Shown here: in pieces, positions 8,210 through 17,402 of the stretch | Layout: the number at the start of each line of letters is the position of its first letter | Position numbering within the stretch: the stretch's first letter is position 1 | DNA from: Candidatus Lindowbacteria bacterium RIFCSPLOWO2_12_FULL_62_27 | GTDB taxonomy: Bacteria; Lindowbacteria; 2-12-FULL-62-27 | Reading direction: 5' to 3' | Assembly: GCA_001784175.1 (NCBI GenBank) | Contig: MFPR01000003.1 | Span: 55,836 to 75,835 of the forward strand | Length of the DNA: 20,000 bases | The notes under the pieces: model-generated | What the model was told of the DNA's origin: nothing | What the model saw: only the letters and a program-made list of their open reading frames with translations | Database searches by the model: none | Translations under genes and position numbers: made by a program

Positions 8210-8677
8210 TCAGCAGCAGGTGTTGTACCGATTCTCCGGAACACCCTCCATGCCGGCGAAGACCAGGCGTTTTTCGTCCGCCGTCAAATGCGCGTCGATG
8301 TGGGGATAGAGGATGCTTTCCTCCTTGTCATTGTGCGGTTTCAGTATGCGAAGAATCGCCTCTTCCTCGATATCCGATTCGGGATTGCCGGCTCGCACTT
8401 TGCCATGCAGCGCATCGAGCAACGACTCGATCTGCCGGTGCTCCATCCGCATCACGGCGGTCGGCCCGGCGTCCCTCATGCCGGTCTTGTCCTCGAACAT
8501 CGGGAAGAGAATCTCCTCCTCCCAGAGGATATGCCTTTTCAGGCCGAAGAAAAACGTTTTGAAGGATTGTTTGGCCTCGGCGAAATTTTCGCGCTTCAAC
8601 CGCCGGTAGCGCTCGAAACCTTCATCAAGCCTGTCGTGGTCGTGTTCGTAGTACGTTTGAATACTTTCCTGTTCCAT
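8210..8677 (-). CDS. Hemerythrin (HHE) domain protein
   Basis: DHDRLD, HILWEEEILFP, MRMEHRQI and HNDKEESILYP motifs. AGGAGG upstream of ATG 8677. Confidence 0.92.
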   Translation of the reverse strand: MEQESIQTYYEHDHDRLDEGFERYRRLKRENFAEAKQSFKTFFFGLKRHILWEEEILFPMFEDKTGMRDAGPTAVMRMEHRQIESLLDALHGKVRAGNPESDIEEEAILRILKPHNDKEESILYPHIDAHLTADEKRLVFAGMEGVPENRYNTCC

Positions 8678-8736
8678 GAAACTCCACCTCCTGGGGTTGT
8701 CGTTGATGAAAGGATCGCACAGGTCGAGGCGGATTT

Positions 8737-8754
8737 CTTTGCGCTGGAGCAAGT
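8737..8754. promoter_or_regulatory. NnrR-type Crp/Fnr binding site
   Basis: CTTTGCG-CTGG-AGCAAGT versus the NnrR-type consensus ctTTGcg-N4-cgCAAag, about 60 bp upstream of the hemerythrin start. Confidence 0.65.
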
Positions 8755-8773
8755 AAACCTGGATAATATTTTT

Positions 8774-9484
8774 TTACGATTTCCCGGCGATGCCGGTGAG
8801 ACCCCGCGAGTTTCGGATGAGGATGCGCCGCCGGCCGGTGCGGACCAGGCCGCGCCGCTGCCAGGCCGAAAGAATCCGGCTGACGCTGTAGATGGTGGTC
8901 CCGATGATTTCCGCCAGATCCTGTTGGGAAATCGGCAATTCGATTTCGATGCCACCCGAAACTTTTTTCCCGAACCGGTGTCCGAGGCGCGCGAGCGCGT
9001 CGGCCAGACGGCATTCCACCCGCTCGCCGCCGAGTTCCAGGAACCGGGTTTGAAGTTCATGCAGGCGCGACACCACCATCTTGAGGGCGTTCAGGGCGAT
9101 CGGGGAGTGACGCTCCATCAATCGGGCCATTGTATTTCCGTCCCACGCCAGCGCCGATCCCTCCTCCAGGGCCACAGCCGTTCCGGGATATGTCGAGTCT
9201 CCAAAAATCGACAGGCACCCGAACATCTCGCCGGAACCGACGACCCGGAGTACCGTCGCGCGGCCGTCCGCGCCGGTCTGGCTGATTTTGACGCTGCCAT
9301 TCGCGAGGACATACACGGTGTCGGCGGGCTCGCCCTGGTGAAAGACACAGGTTTTCCGGTCGAGTTTCCGTTTGACGGCCGATTCCGCGACAGACTTGAT
9401 GTCCGCCGGCTTTAGACCCCTGAACAGAATGATCTTGCCGATCAGCACGCGCATATACACGTCCGCCGACGAATCCGGCTTCAA
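8774..9484 (-). CDS. Crp/Fnr-family regulator, NnrR-like
   Basis: cNMP-binding fold (VFHQGEPADTVYVLANGSVKI, GEMFG) and HTH ISQQDLAEIIGTTIYSVSR. No N-terminal FNR Cys cluster. Start is TTG 9484 or ATG 9454. Confidence 0.92.
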   Translation of the reverse strand: MKPDSSADVYMRVLIGKIILFRGLKPADIKSVAESAVKRKLDRKTCVFHQGEPADTVYVLANGSVKISQTGADGRATVLRVVGSGEMFGCLSIFGDSTYPGTAVALEEGSALAWDGNTMARLMERHSPIALNALKMVVSRLHELQTRFLELGGERVECRLADALARLGHRFGKKVSGGIEIELPISQQDLAEIIGTTIYSVSRILSAWQRRGLVRTGRRRILIRNSRGLTGIAGKS

Positions 9485-9665
9485 GGCGTCGCCCTACGCC
9501 GCCGTAATTCGTTGCGAACCGCCCGAAATGCGTGAGGAGAAGAGATTTTCATAGGGATCGAACCATTATTCGAATATGACTGAATGTCAAGCCAGACGGG
9601 TCTGGCAGTTTACCGGCCGAATTTAAAAGAGAGAAGCCCTTGACATTCGGCCGTTTTTCGTCACC

Positions 9666-11093
9666 ATGAGACCGATGAAAAATATCAAAACGCTGATTGT
9701 GGAAGACGACAAGGGCATGGGCAGGCTGATGGAGGAGCTTCTCCAGGCCCGGGGATACAAGGTCACGGTTTGCGCGGCGGGCGAAGAGGCTTTGGAGTTG
9801 TACCGGACGAGCCCGTTTCCGCTGCTCATTGTCGATTGGTCGCTTCCGAAAATGGACGGATTACAGCTGTGCCGCGAGATCCGGGCTTTGCCGCGGGGGG
9901 ATTTGAGCGTGATCCTTGTCGTCACCGGCCGCAATCAACCCGAGGACATCCTTCAGGTCCTCGACGCCGGGGCGGACGATTACATGGACAAGCCGATGGA
10001 TCTTCAGGTGTTCGAACAGCATTTGAACGTGCGGCTCACCATCGCCGAACGCCGGGTTCTGGCCCAGACCTCCCTCTTTTTGGCCCGGGAAAAAATCGCC
10101 CTGCTGGAGGAGCAGACCAAAGGCCGGCATGCTTTTGAGGGGATGATCGGCAAGAGCGATCCGATGCAGAATGTCTTCCGCTCGATCCGGCTGGCGGCCG
10201 AAAGCGACGTGACGGTTCTATTGAGCGGCGAGTCCGGCACGGGCAAGGAACTGGCGGCCCGGGCCATTCACTCCGTGAGCGAGCGGTCCAACAAGCCGTT
10301 TATGGCCGTGAATTGTTCCGCGATCCCTGAAACGCTTCTCGAAAGCGAACTCTTCGGGCACGTCAAGGGATCGTTCACCGGGGCGGTCCGGGACAAACCC
10401 GGCCTCTTCCCCGCGGCCGACGGCGGCACTCTGTTTCTCGACGAGATCGGCGATGTGAGCCCGGCCATTCAGGTCAAACTGCTCCGGACGCTTCAGGAAC
10501 GGGAAATTCGCCGCGTGGGAGACGAACAACAGATCAAAATCGATGTGCGGCTGGTCACGGCCACCAACCGGAACCTCCAACATCTGGTCTCCTCCGGCGC
10601 CGTCCGGGAGGATTTCTATTACCGCATCCGCGTTTTTGAAATCCATATCCCGCCGATCCGGGATCGCAAGGAGGACATTCCGCTTCTGATCGAGCATTAC
10701 ATTTCGGAATTCTCGCGCGCGCGGCAAAAGCCCATCCAGGGCATCGAAAAAGACGCCTTGCGAAAAATGCTCGATTATCCCTGGCCCGGAAATGTCCGGG
10801 AACTGCGAAGCGCCATCGAACACGCCTTCGTGACGGCGTCGTCCGACCGCATCACCCTCGACAATTTGCCGGCCGAAATCCGCCTTCCGCGCGCTCCCGC
10901 ACAGCCGCCCATTTCAGCGCGGCCCGGGCGGACGGATGAGGAATCGGAGAAGACAATGATCATCGAAGCCTTGCGGGCGACGGGCGGCAACCGCACCAAA
11001 GCCGCCAAGTTGCTCGGCGTCAGCCGGGTCACGTTGTGGAGTAAAATCCGGGTTCACAGAATTCAAGTGAAAGGAGGGAGTAACGCCCGATAG
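9666..11093 (+). CDS. NtrC-family sigma54-dependent response regulator (REC-AAA+-Fis HTH)
   Basis: REC (LIVEDD, IVDWSLP, YMDKP), Walker A GESGTGKE, ESELFGHVKGSFTGA, Walker B LFLDEIG, WPGNVREL, HTH GNRTKAAKLLGVSRVTLW. Confidence 0.96.
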   Translation: MRPMKNIKTLIVEDDKGMGRLMEELLQARGYKVTVCAAGEEALELYRTSPFPLLIVDWSLPKMDGLQLCREIRALPRGDLSVILVVTGRNQPEDILQVLDAGADDYMDKPMDLQVFEQHLNVRLTIAERRVLAQTSLFLAREKIALLEEQTKGRHAFEGMIGKSDPMQNVFRSIRLAAESDVTVLLSGESGTGKELAARAIHSVSERSNKPFMAVNCSAIPETLLESELFGHVKGSFTGAVRDKPGLFPAADGGTLFLDEIGDVSPAIQVKLLRTLQEREIRRVGDEQQIKIDVRLVTATNRNLQHLVSSGAVREDFYYRIRVFEIHIPPIRDRKEDIPLLIEHYISEFSRARQKPIQGIEKDALRKMLDYPWPGNVRELRSAIEHAFVTASSDRITLDNLPAEIRLPRAPAQPPISARPGRTDEESEKTMIIEALRATGGNRTKAAKLLGVSRVTLWSKIRVHRIQVKGGSNAR

Positions 11094-11126
11094 GTCCGCT
11101 CCCAAATACGGCCCCGGTCCCCTTCA

Positions 11127-11138
11127 GTGTTTAAACAC
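11127..11138. promoter_or_regulatory. Perfect palindrome GTGTTTAAACAC, candidate upstream activator site
   Basis: 131 bp upstream of the -24 GG at 11258. Core recurs at 17064-17075. Confidence 0.55.
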
Positions 11139-11256
11139 ATTTAACAATTCCGGATTAAAATCCATCCACCAATTCATATTGCAGTTCATCTTGGGAAAAA
11201 TCTAACCTCTGTTTGAAGAGAAGGTTAAAAATTATTGAGCAAACATGATCGTCCGC

Positions 11257-11272
11257 GGGTACGGTCATTGCT
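11257..11272 (+). promoter_or_regulatory. sigma54 -24/-12 promoter
   Basis: GGGTAC-GGTCA-TTGCT with GG (11258) and GC (11270) at canonical spacing, 30 bp before ATG 11302. Confidence 0.65.
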
Positions 11273-11301
11273 CGAGCAATCCTTCAATGGAGAAAGTACA
11301 T

Positions 11302-11673
11302 ATGCCCGGAGAATCCGTGTTGGTGGTGGATGGCGACGACAGCGTGAGGGAATGTTGCCGCCGGATGCTGGAATGGTTCGGCTACCGGGTCGTGGCCGCC
11401 GGAACGGTGGAAGAAGCTTTGGGTGGACTCAACGGCCATGCGTTCGACGCGGTCGTTTGCGATTACCCGATGCGCGGTCAAAACGGCCTGGATTTTCTGC
11501 GGATCCTGCGGGACATCGGGCGTCCCGAGGCCGACCGGTTTTTGTTCATGATCCGATTCTCCCCGGAGCGGGTCGACCTCGGCGTTCCCGTCCTTTACAA
11601 ACCCTTCGATCTGGTTGAATTCAAAGAGGCCATCGAAAGCGTCATCAAGAGGAATACGGAATCCCTGCCGTGA
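11302..11673 (+). CDS. Single-domain response regulator receiver (atypical)
   Basis: VLVVDGDD, VVCDYPMRGQNGLDF, LYKPF. GGAG upstream of ATG 11302. Confidence 0.85.
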   Translation: MPGESVLVVDGDDSVRECCRRMLEWFGYRVVAAGTVEEALGGLNGHAFDAVVCDYPMRGQNGLDFLRILRDIGRPEADRFLFMIRFSPERVDLGVPVLYKPFDLVEFKEAIESVIKRNTESLP

Positions 11674-12947
11674 GTTTGGCGCGGCTCAACCGGTTCGTTC
11701 TGTACGCGAGGGATCGCCGAATCCTGGAGCAGGATGATCTCCTTACGGCCATCCGGCAGATGAGCGCGTTCGACCGGCGGATCGGCTGTCTGGCGGCGTT
11801 TCGCGGATATTTCCAACCGGAACAGATCAACACGGTCCTTCTCGAACAGTCCAGGACCGGCGGCATGTTTGGAGAATGCGCCACGCGCCTGAATCTTCTG
11901 ACCTCTCCCCAGATCGCCGCGCTCCTGCGGATTCAGAAGGACGATCTCTTTCTTTTCACGCAGGCCGTGGTCGCCAAACAAATCATGACCGCGGACAAAA
12001 TGGTGGTTCACCTCAAGGCCTTTCTCGACAGTCAATCCGAAACCTCCAACCAGGACCTCCGGGCGCCCACGGAGGAGAAACGGATGCTGGACAAGCAGGT
12101 GCGGGAGATTCTTCGAAACATCGAGGCGATTTCCCCGTTGCCTGCCACCGCCCAGCGCGCCATCGCGATGCTGGACGACCCCCGGGCGGATCTCGACAAG
12201 GTGGGGCGGGTGGTGTCGCTGGATCCGGGATTGACGTCGACCCTGCTCCGCGTCGCCAACTCGGCGTTTTACGGAATGCGGGACAGAGTGACGAGCATGT
12301 CCAAGGCCGTTGTCGTGCTGGGCACGAAAAAAATGAGGCATCTGGTGATTGCCGCGGCCATCATGCAGAAATTCCAGTCGATCCCGCCCGCCTTCACCAG
12401 AACGTTCTGGGAGGCGTCGCTTCGCGCGGGGCAGTGGTGCAAGGAAATTGCGGTCCTGCGCGGCATGGCCGAGCCGGATGATCTGTTCATCTGCGGCCTG
12501 TTGCATGACATCGGCCGGCTGGTGACGATGCAGTATTTCCGCCCCATCCAAACCAGATTGGATGAGCTTCGCGCGGCCGGGAAACCTCCGATTGAAGCGG
12601 AGAAGTCCGTCATGGGCGGAACGCATGCGGACATCGGCGGGTTCATGTTCAATCTCTGGCAAATGCCGCGCGCGACCGTCCAGAGCGCCATGTTCCATCA
12701 TCACGATTTGCGCCTGGTCCTCACGTCGCCCAACATGGACGAGTCCGTGCCCATCGTGCACATGGCTTCCGCCATCATCGACATGGATCCCAACCTTGAC
12801 GCGCTCGCCCACAGCGACGTCCTTGAAAGTATTGGCCGGCTCTACGCCCCTCCGCTGAACCTCGGAACCGACCTGAACATGGACCGGTTGTCGGACCGGG
12901 TCGAGTCGAATTTGGGAAACCTCGTGGGGACATTAATGGTGGGATAA
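11670..12947 (+). CDS. HDOD domain protein with N-terminal MshEN-like repeats
   Basis: DPGLTSTLLRVANSAFYG, GLLHDIGRL and THADIGG..W..P are HDOD motifs. The N-terminus has 29-aa periodic motifs. Confidence 0.9.
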   Translation: MSLARLNRFVLYARDRRILEQDDLLTAIRQMSAFDRRIGCLAAFRGYFQPEQINTVLLEQSRTGGMFGECATRLNLLTSPQIAALLRIQKDDLFLFTQAVVAKQIMTADKMVVHLKAFLDSQSETSNQDLRAPTEEKRMLDKQVREILRNIEAISPLPATAQRAIAMLDDPRADLDKVGRVVSLDPGLTSTLLRVANSAFYGMRDRVTSMSKAVVVLGTKKMRHLVIAAAIMQKFQSIPPAFTRTFWEASLRAGQWCKEIAVLRGMAEPDDLFICGLLHDIGRLVTMQYFRPIQTRLDELRAAGKPPIEAEKSVMGGTHADIGGFMFNLWQMPRATVQSAMFHHHDLRLVLTSPNMDESVPIVHMASAIIDMDPNLDALAHSDVLESIGRLYAPPLNLGTDLNMDRLSDRVESNLGNLVGTLMVG

Positions 12948-13005
12948 CCGACCCCGGCAAATTATCGCTTTTCACGCGGCGCCGGATGAGGGATAATCCG
13001 GCGAC

Positions 13006-14457
13006 ATGAAACGGGTCGACATGCGATACGCCGGAACGGTGGCCGCGCTGGCGGTGATTTATTTTCTCGCCGCGAAGTTCGGGTTGTCCCTGGCGTTCGT
13101 CAACAAGCAGGTCACGGCCGTGTGGCCGCCGACGGGGATAGCGCTCGCGTCGCTGTTGATTTTCGGAATCAAATTCTGGCCGGGCGTCGCCCTGGGCGCG
13201 TTTCTGATCAACGCCGCCACCGGATCGCCCTTCACGGCTGTCGGCATCGCGACCGGGAACACGCTCGAAGCCGTCATCGGCGCGGCGGCTCTCCGGCGGC
13301 TGGTCCAATTCAATCCGGCCCTCGACCGGTTGAGGGACGTGTTCGGACTGGCGGTCTTCGCCGCGGCGATCAGCACCGCCGTCAGCGCGACGGTCGGCGT
13401 CGCCAGCCTCTGCGTTGGCGGCATGCCGTGGGCCGGGGCGGCGCCGGTCTGGCTGGTCTGGTGGCTTGGAGACGGGCTGGGGGATCTGGTCGTCGCGCCC
13501 GTTCTCCTGACGTGGGTCTCCCGGCCGCGCCTGGAGTGGCGGGGCGGCAAACTCGCGGAATTCACAGCTCTTTATGCCGGGCTGGTTCTGGCGGGCTGGG
13601 CCGTTCTGGCCGGCCGGATGATTCCGACCTCCGCCACGCAGTCGCTCGCCTACCTTGTTTTCCCGTTCATTATCTGGGCCGCCCTGCGGTTCGGCCCGCG
13701 AGAAACCGCGACGGCCGTGTTCGTGATCTCGTCGATGGCCATCTGGGGCGCGATCCATGACCGGGGGCCGTATGCGATCGGCACATTCAACGAGCGCTTG
13801 AACATGCTGCAAATTTTCATGGGGGTCACCGCGCTTACCGCCCTGATCCTGGGAGCCGTCACCGCCGAGCGGGCCCGTGCGGACGAGGATCTTCGCCGAT
13901 TGCTGAACGAACTGGACCTGCGCGTCCGGGATCGCACGGCCGAACAGGAGCGGAAGTCGTCCGTTTTGCGGGCGACGCTGGATCTCACGGCCGACGGCAT
14001 TCTGCTTGTCGATCACGAGGGCAAAATCACGCTCTACAACCGGAAATTCGTCGAGATGTGGCGCATTCCGGAATCGGTGATGGCGGCCGGGGATGACGAT
14101 CAGGCTCTGGCGTTCGTCCTCGGAGAGTTGAAGAATCCGGACGCGTTTTTGTCGAAAGTCCGGGATCTCTACGCCAACCCGGAGGCGGAAAGTTTCGATA
14201 TTCTTGATTTCAAGGACGGCCGCGTGTTCGAGCGCCATTCTGTTCCGCACCGTCTGGGGAGCCGGATCATCGGCCGTGTGTGGGATTTCCGGGACGTCAC
14301 GGACCGCAACCGCGCGGAGGAGACGCTGAAGACGAAAATTCAGGAGTTGGAACAGTTGACCCAGGTGATGCTGGGCCGGGAGGAACGGATCATGGAGCTT
14401 AAGGATGAGATCAAACTTCTCCGGGAACGCCCGCCGGTGAAGCGCGGTACCGGCTGA
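13006..14457 (+). CDS. MASE1 membrane sensor with PAS domain and C-terminal coiled coil, no enzymatic output
   Basis: VWPPTGIALA, WWLGDGLG..VAP and WAALRFG are MASE1 motifs. PAS: DGILLVDHEGKITLYNRKF..FRDVTDR. Confidence 0.92.
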   Translation: MKRVDMRYAGTVAALAVIYFLAAKFGLSLAFVNKQVTAVWPPTGIALASLLIFGIKFWPGVALGAFLINAATGSPFTAVGIATGNTLEAVIGAAALRRLVQFNPALDRLRDVFGLAVFAAAISTAVSATVGVASLCVGGMPWAGAAPVWLVWWLGDGLGDLVVAPVLLTWVSRPRLEWRGGKLAEFTALYAGLVLAGWAVLAGRMIPTSATQSLAYLVFPFIIWAALRFGPRETATAVFVISSMAIWGAIHDRGPYAIGTFNERLNMLQIFMGVTALTALILGAVTAERARADEDLRRLLNELDLRVRDRTAEQERKSSVLRATLDLTADGILLVDHEGKITLYNRKFVEMWRIPESVMAAGDDDQALAFVLGELKNPDAFLSKVRDLYANPEAESFDILDFKDGRVFERHSVPHRLGSRIIGRVWDFRDVTDRNRAEETLKTKIQELEQLTQVMLGREERIMELKDEIKLLRERPPVKRGTG

Positions 14458-14461
14458 CCCT

Positions 14462-16603
14462 GTGGAACCGTCCGGCGCGCGCCATCCCCTCGAAGGTCTG
14501 AACAAAACCGCCGTTCTTTCGGCTGTGTCCGTGACGGCCATCGGCGTCGCGGTTCTGGCGGGATGGATGTTCGACGTCGGGGTCCTGAAAAGTGTCATGC
14601 CGGGCTGGACTTCGATGAAAGCCAACACGGCCATGGCCTTTGTGATGTCCGGGCTGGCTCTGCTGTTTTTGCAAAAGAGAGCGGCCAGGACTCGGGATCG
14701 GCTCCTGGGGATGTTCTTTGCCGCTCTCGTGGGGATGCTTGGACTGCTCACCCTCGGCGAGTACGTGTTTGGATGGGATATCGGGATTGACCAGTTTCTC
14801 GTTCGGGAAATACCGGGCGCGGTGGGAACATCCCATCCGGGCCGCATGTCTCCCGTGACCGCTTTGAGTTTCCTTTTGATCGGCGCGGCGTTTCTGACGC
14901 TCGAATTGAAAACGCGCTCCGGCCGCCGGCCGTCTCATCTTTTCATCCTTCCCGTCTTCTTCGTCTCGTTCCTGGCGTTGATCGGCTATCTTTACCGGGT
15001 TCCGTATTTCTATGGCGTTGCCGCCCACACCAAGATGGCGATCCACACGGCGGCGTGCCTGATGATGCTGGTCATCGGAATTTTTTCAGCGCGTCCGGAT
15101 CCGACCCTGGTCGGGGTCATAACGGGTGAGGAAGTCGGCTGGGCCATGGCGCGCCGGGTGTTGCCGCTGACCGCCGGGATGTTCGTGTTGATCGGCTGGC
15201 TGCGGCTCCGGGGTCAGGAGGCGGGATGGTACGGGACGGAATTCGGAACGGCGTTGGGGCTTCTGTCGGACATCACCCTTCTGGCGGTCGTCGTCTTCAT
15301 CACGGCGGTGTCGCTCAATCGCGCCGATGAAGAGCGCCGGAAGAAAGAGGAACTGCTCCGGTCCGGCGAGGAGCGCACGCGCCTGATTCTTGAAAAATCG
15401 TTCAACGCCTTCATCTCCATCGACGCGACCGGCGTCATCACGGAGTGGAATGCCCAGGCCGAATCGACGTTTGGCTGGACGCGCCGGGAGGCGATCGGAC
15501 AAAAATTGGCGGATACCCTCATTCCCCCCGGCATGCGGGATGCGCATTTGAACGGCATCCAGCGCTTTATCGAAACGGGCGCCGGGCCCGTGCTGAACCG
15601 GAGGATCGAAATGACGGCGATGCACCGGGACGGCCATGAATTCTCCGTGGAAATGGTGATTTCGCCGATCCGGCACGGCGGGACGTACAGCTTCTGCGCG
15701 TTTCTGCATGACATCAGCCAGAGGCGGGCGGCCGCTCGGCGGCTCGAGGAGGATGTCAAGGTGATCGGCGAACGCAATCAAGAGCTGGGCCGCCAGCAGA
15801 AAATCATGATAAGCCTCATGGAGGATCTTCGCGAATCGGAGGAGAAAATCAAGAAAACGGCGGCGGAATTGGAGCGGTCCAACAAGGAACTCGAACAATT
15901 CGCCTACATCGCTTCGCACGATCTGCAGGAACCCCTCCGAAAAATATCGAGTTTCACCCAGCTTCTGGCCCAGCGGTATGCGGGCCGGCTGGACAAAGAC
16001 GCGGACGAGTTCATCGGTTACGTGGTCGACGGCGCCAAGCGGATGAGAGACCTGATCGAAGACCTGTTGACCTATTCGCGGGTTGGCCGGGCCGAAATCG
16101 CGTTCGAGCGGACGGACATGACGGAACTGATGGGGCAGATCACGGCCCTGTTCGATGTGGACCGGGCGATCACGGCCGCGGAGATCACGCACGATCCTCT
16201 TCCGACCGTTCGGGCCAATCCCCTGCTCATCCGCCAGCTTCTTCAGAATTTGATCAGCAACGGCATCAAGTTCCACGGCGATTCGCCGCCCCGGGTGCAT
16301 GTGTCGGCGTCCCGGAAAGGCGGTGAATGGATTTTTTCCGTTCGAGACAACGGCATCGGGATCGAATCCCAATTCCATGATAGGATCTTCGAGATTTTCA
16401 AACGTCTTCACACAACGGAGGAATTTTCCGGCACCGGCATTGGGCTGGCGGTCTGCAAGAAAATCGCCGAGCGCCATGGCGGGCGGATCTGGGTGGAATC
16501 GACTCCGGGCGGGGGGTCCACGTTTTATTTTTCGATCCCGGCGCGCGAGGGCGCCGCGGCGGACGTGTCAGGAGATAAATCCGAAGGAGGTGTGAGATCA
16601 TGA
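14462..16603 (+). CDS. Multi-TM PAS sensor histidine kinase (Cph1/phytochrome-type kinase core)
   Basis: About 7 TM segments, PAS ([11 protein letters not shown]), H-box [15 protein letters not shown]-box [23 protein letters not shown]. Confidence 0.95.
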   Translation: MEPSGARHPLEGLNKTAVLSAVSVTAIGVAVLAGWMFDVGVLKSVMPGWTSMKANTAMAFVMSGLALLFLQKRAARTRDRLLGMFFAALVGMLGLLTLGEYVFGWDIGIDQFLVREIPGAVGTSHPGRMSPVTALSFLLIGAAFLTLELKTRSGRRPSHLFILPVFFVSFLALIGYLYRVPYFYGVAAHTKMAIHTAACLMMLVIGIFSARPDPTLVGVITGEEVGWAMARRVLPLTAGMFVLIGWLRLRGQEAGWYGTEFGTALGLLSDITLLAVVVFITAVSLNRADEERRKKEELLRSGEERTRLILEKSFNAFISIDATGVITEWNAQAESTFGWTRREAIGQKLADTLIPPGMRDAHLNGIQRFIETGAGPVLNRRIEMTAMHRDGHEFSVEMVISPIRHGGTYSFCAFLHDISQRRAAARRLEEDVKVIGERNQELGRQQKIMISLMEDLRESEEKIKKTAAELERSNKELEQFAYIASHDLQEPLRKISSFTQLLAQRYAGRLDKDADEFIGYVVDGAKRMRDLIEDLLTYSRVGRAEIAFERTDMTELMGQITALFDVDRAITAAEITHDPLPTVRANPLLIRQLLQNLISNGIKFHGDSPPRVHVSASRKGGEWIFSVRDNGIGIESQFHDRIFEIFKRLHTTEEFSGTGIGLAVCKKIAERHGGRIWVESTPGGGSTFYFSIPAREGAAADVSGDKSEGGVRS

Positions 16604-17040
16604 ACGGCAGGCCGATCGAGATTCTGATGGTGGAAGACGATCCCGGAGATGTCCGGCTGACAAAGGAGGCGTTGAAGGGAGCCAAGGTCGCCCTTGACTT
16701 GAATGTAGTCGATGATGGGGTGAAGGCCATGAAGTATCTCCGTAGAGAAGGGCCGTATGCGGAAGCCGTTCGGCCGGATTTGATCCTCCTCGATCTCAAT
16801 CTTCCGAAAAAAGACGGGCGTGAAGTGCTTCGAGAGATCAAATCGGACGCGTCTTTGAAATCGATTCCCGTCATCATCCTGACCACATCCGCCGCGCATT
16901 CCGACATTCTCAAAGCCTACAATCTCGGCACCAACTGCTATATCACCAAACCCGTTGGGCTGAATGAGTTCCTCAAGGTGGTCAAATTGATTGAAAATTT
17001 CTGGCTGACGGTTGTAAAACTTCCGAAAGAGACCGAGTAA
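16600..17040 (+). CDS. Rcp1-like single-domain response regulator
   Basis: [45 protein letters not shown] overlap with the kinase; GGAGG RBS. Confidence 0.95.
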   Translation: MNGRPIEILMVEDDPGDVRLTKEALKGAKVALDLNVVDDGVKAMKYLRREGPYAEAVRPDLILLDLNLPKKDGREVLREIKSDASLKSIPVIILTTSAAHSDILKAYNLGTNCYITKPVGLNEFLKVVKLIENFWLTVVKLPKETE

Positions 17041-17054
17041 ACAGATCCCTCCTA

Positions 17055-17083
17055 AGTGTTAAAGTGTTTAAACATATAACACT
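17055..17083. promoter_or_regulatory. Nested palindrome AGTGTTA-AAG-TGTTTAAACA-TA-TAACACT, candidate upstream activator site
   Basis: Core starts about 117 bp upstream of the -24 GG at 17181 and is followed by a very AT-rich tract. Confidence 0.6.
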
Positions 17084-17179
17084 ATTCTGCCGGTTGCCCC
17101 CCTGAAAAGTATAAAATTGTATATCCATAATATTTTTTCTATTATATAGTTATAAATATTTATATCCGTTTTTCAATTT

Positions 17180-17195
17180 TGGAACCTTACTTGCT
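17180..17195 (+). promoter_or_regulatory. sigma54 -24/-12 promoter
   Basis: TGGAAC-CTTAC-TTGCT versus consensus TGGCAC-N5-TTGCW, one mismatch. Confidence 0.8.
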
Positions 17196-17402
17196 AGTGT
17201 AACCAATTAGTACAGATTTCGTTCTGAATATGTAGGACGGTCACAGGTCAACGAAACTTGAAAAGTTCCATACCGGGTCCCTGACCAATCCCAAAATCAC
17301 ATCAATGATGGGATGAAGGCCTAACTACGTGGCCTTGGAACTCGACAGCGCTCTTAGTCTGTCGCGCGGTTGTTCGAGTATTCTTGGAAGGAATGCAGAG
17401 AA

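Noticed and set aside
8102-9415. 437-aa plus-strand ORF
   Set aside because: Antisense to the hemerythrin and Crp/Fnr genes.
10366-10386. GSFTGA instead of GAFTGA as loss of sigma54 activation
   Set aside because: GSFTGA is a common variant and the key F and T residues are retained.
11595-16477. Long minus-strand ORFs (405, 690, 463 aa)
   Set aside because: Shadows of the HDOD, MASE1 and kinase genes.
17230-17340. c-di-GMP-I riboswitch
   Set aside because: A GAAA-containing hairpin is present, but I cannot find the GGCAAACC/GACGCAAA core; kept only as an unassigned structured leader.
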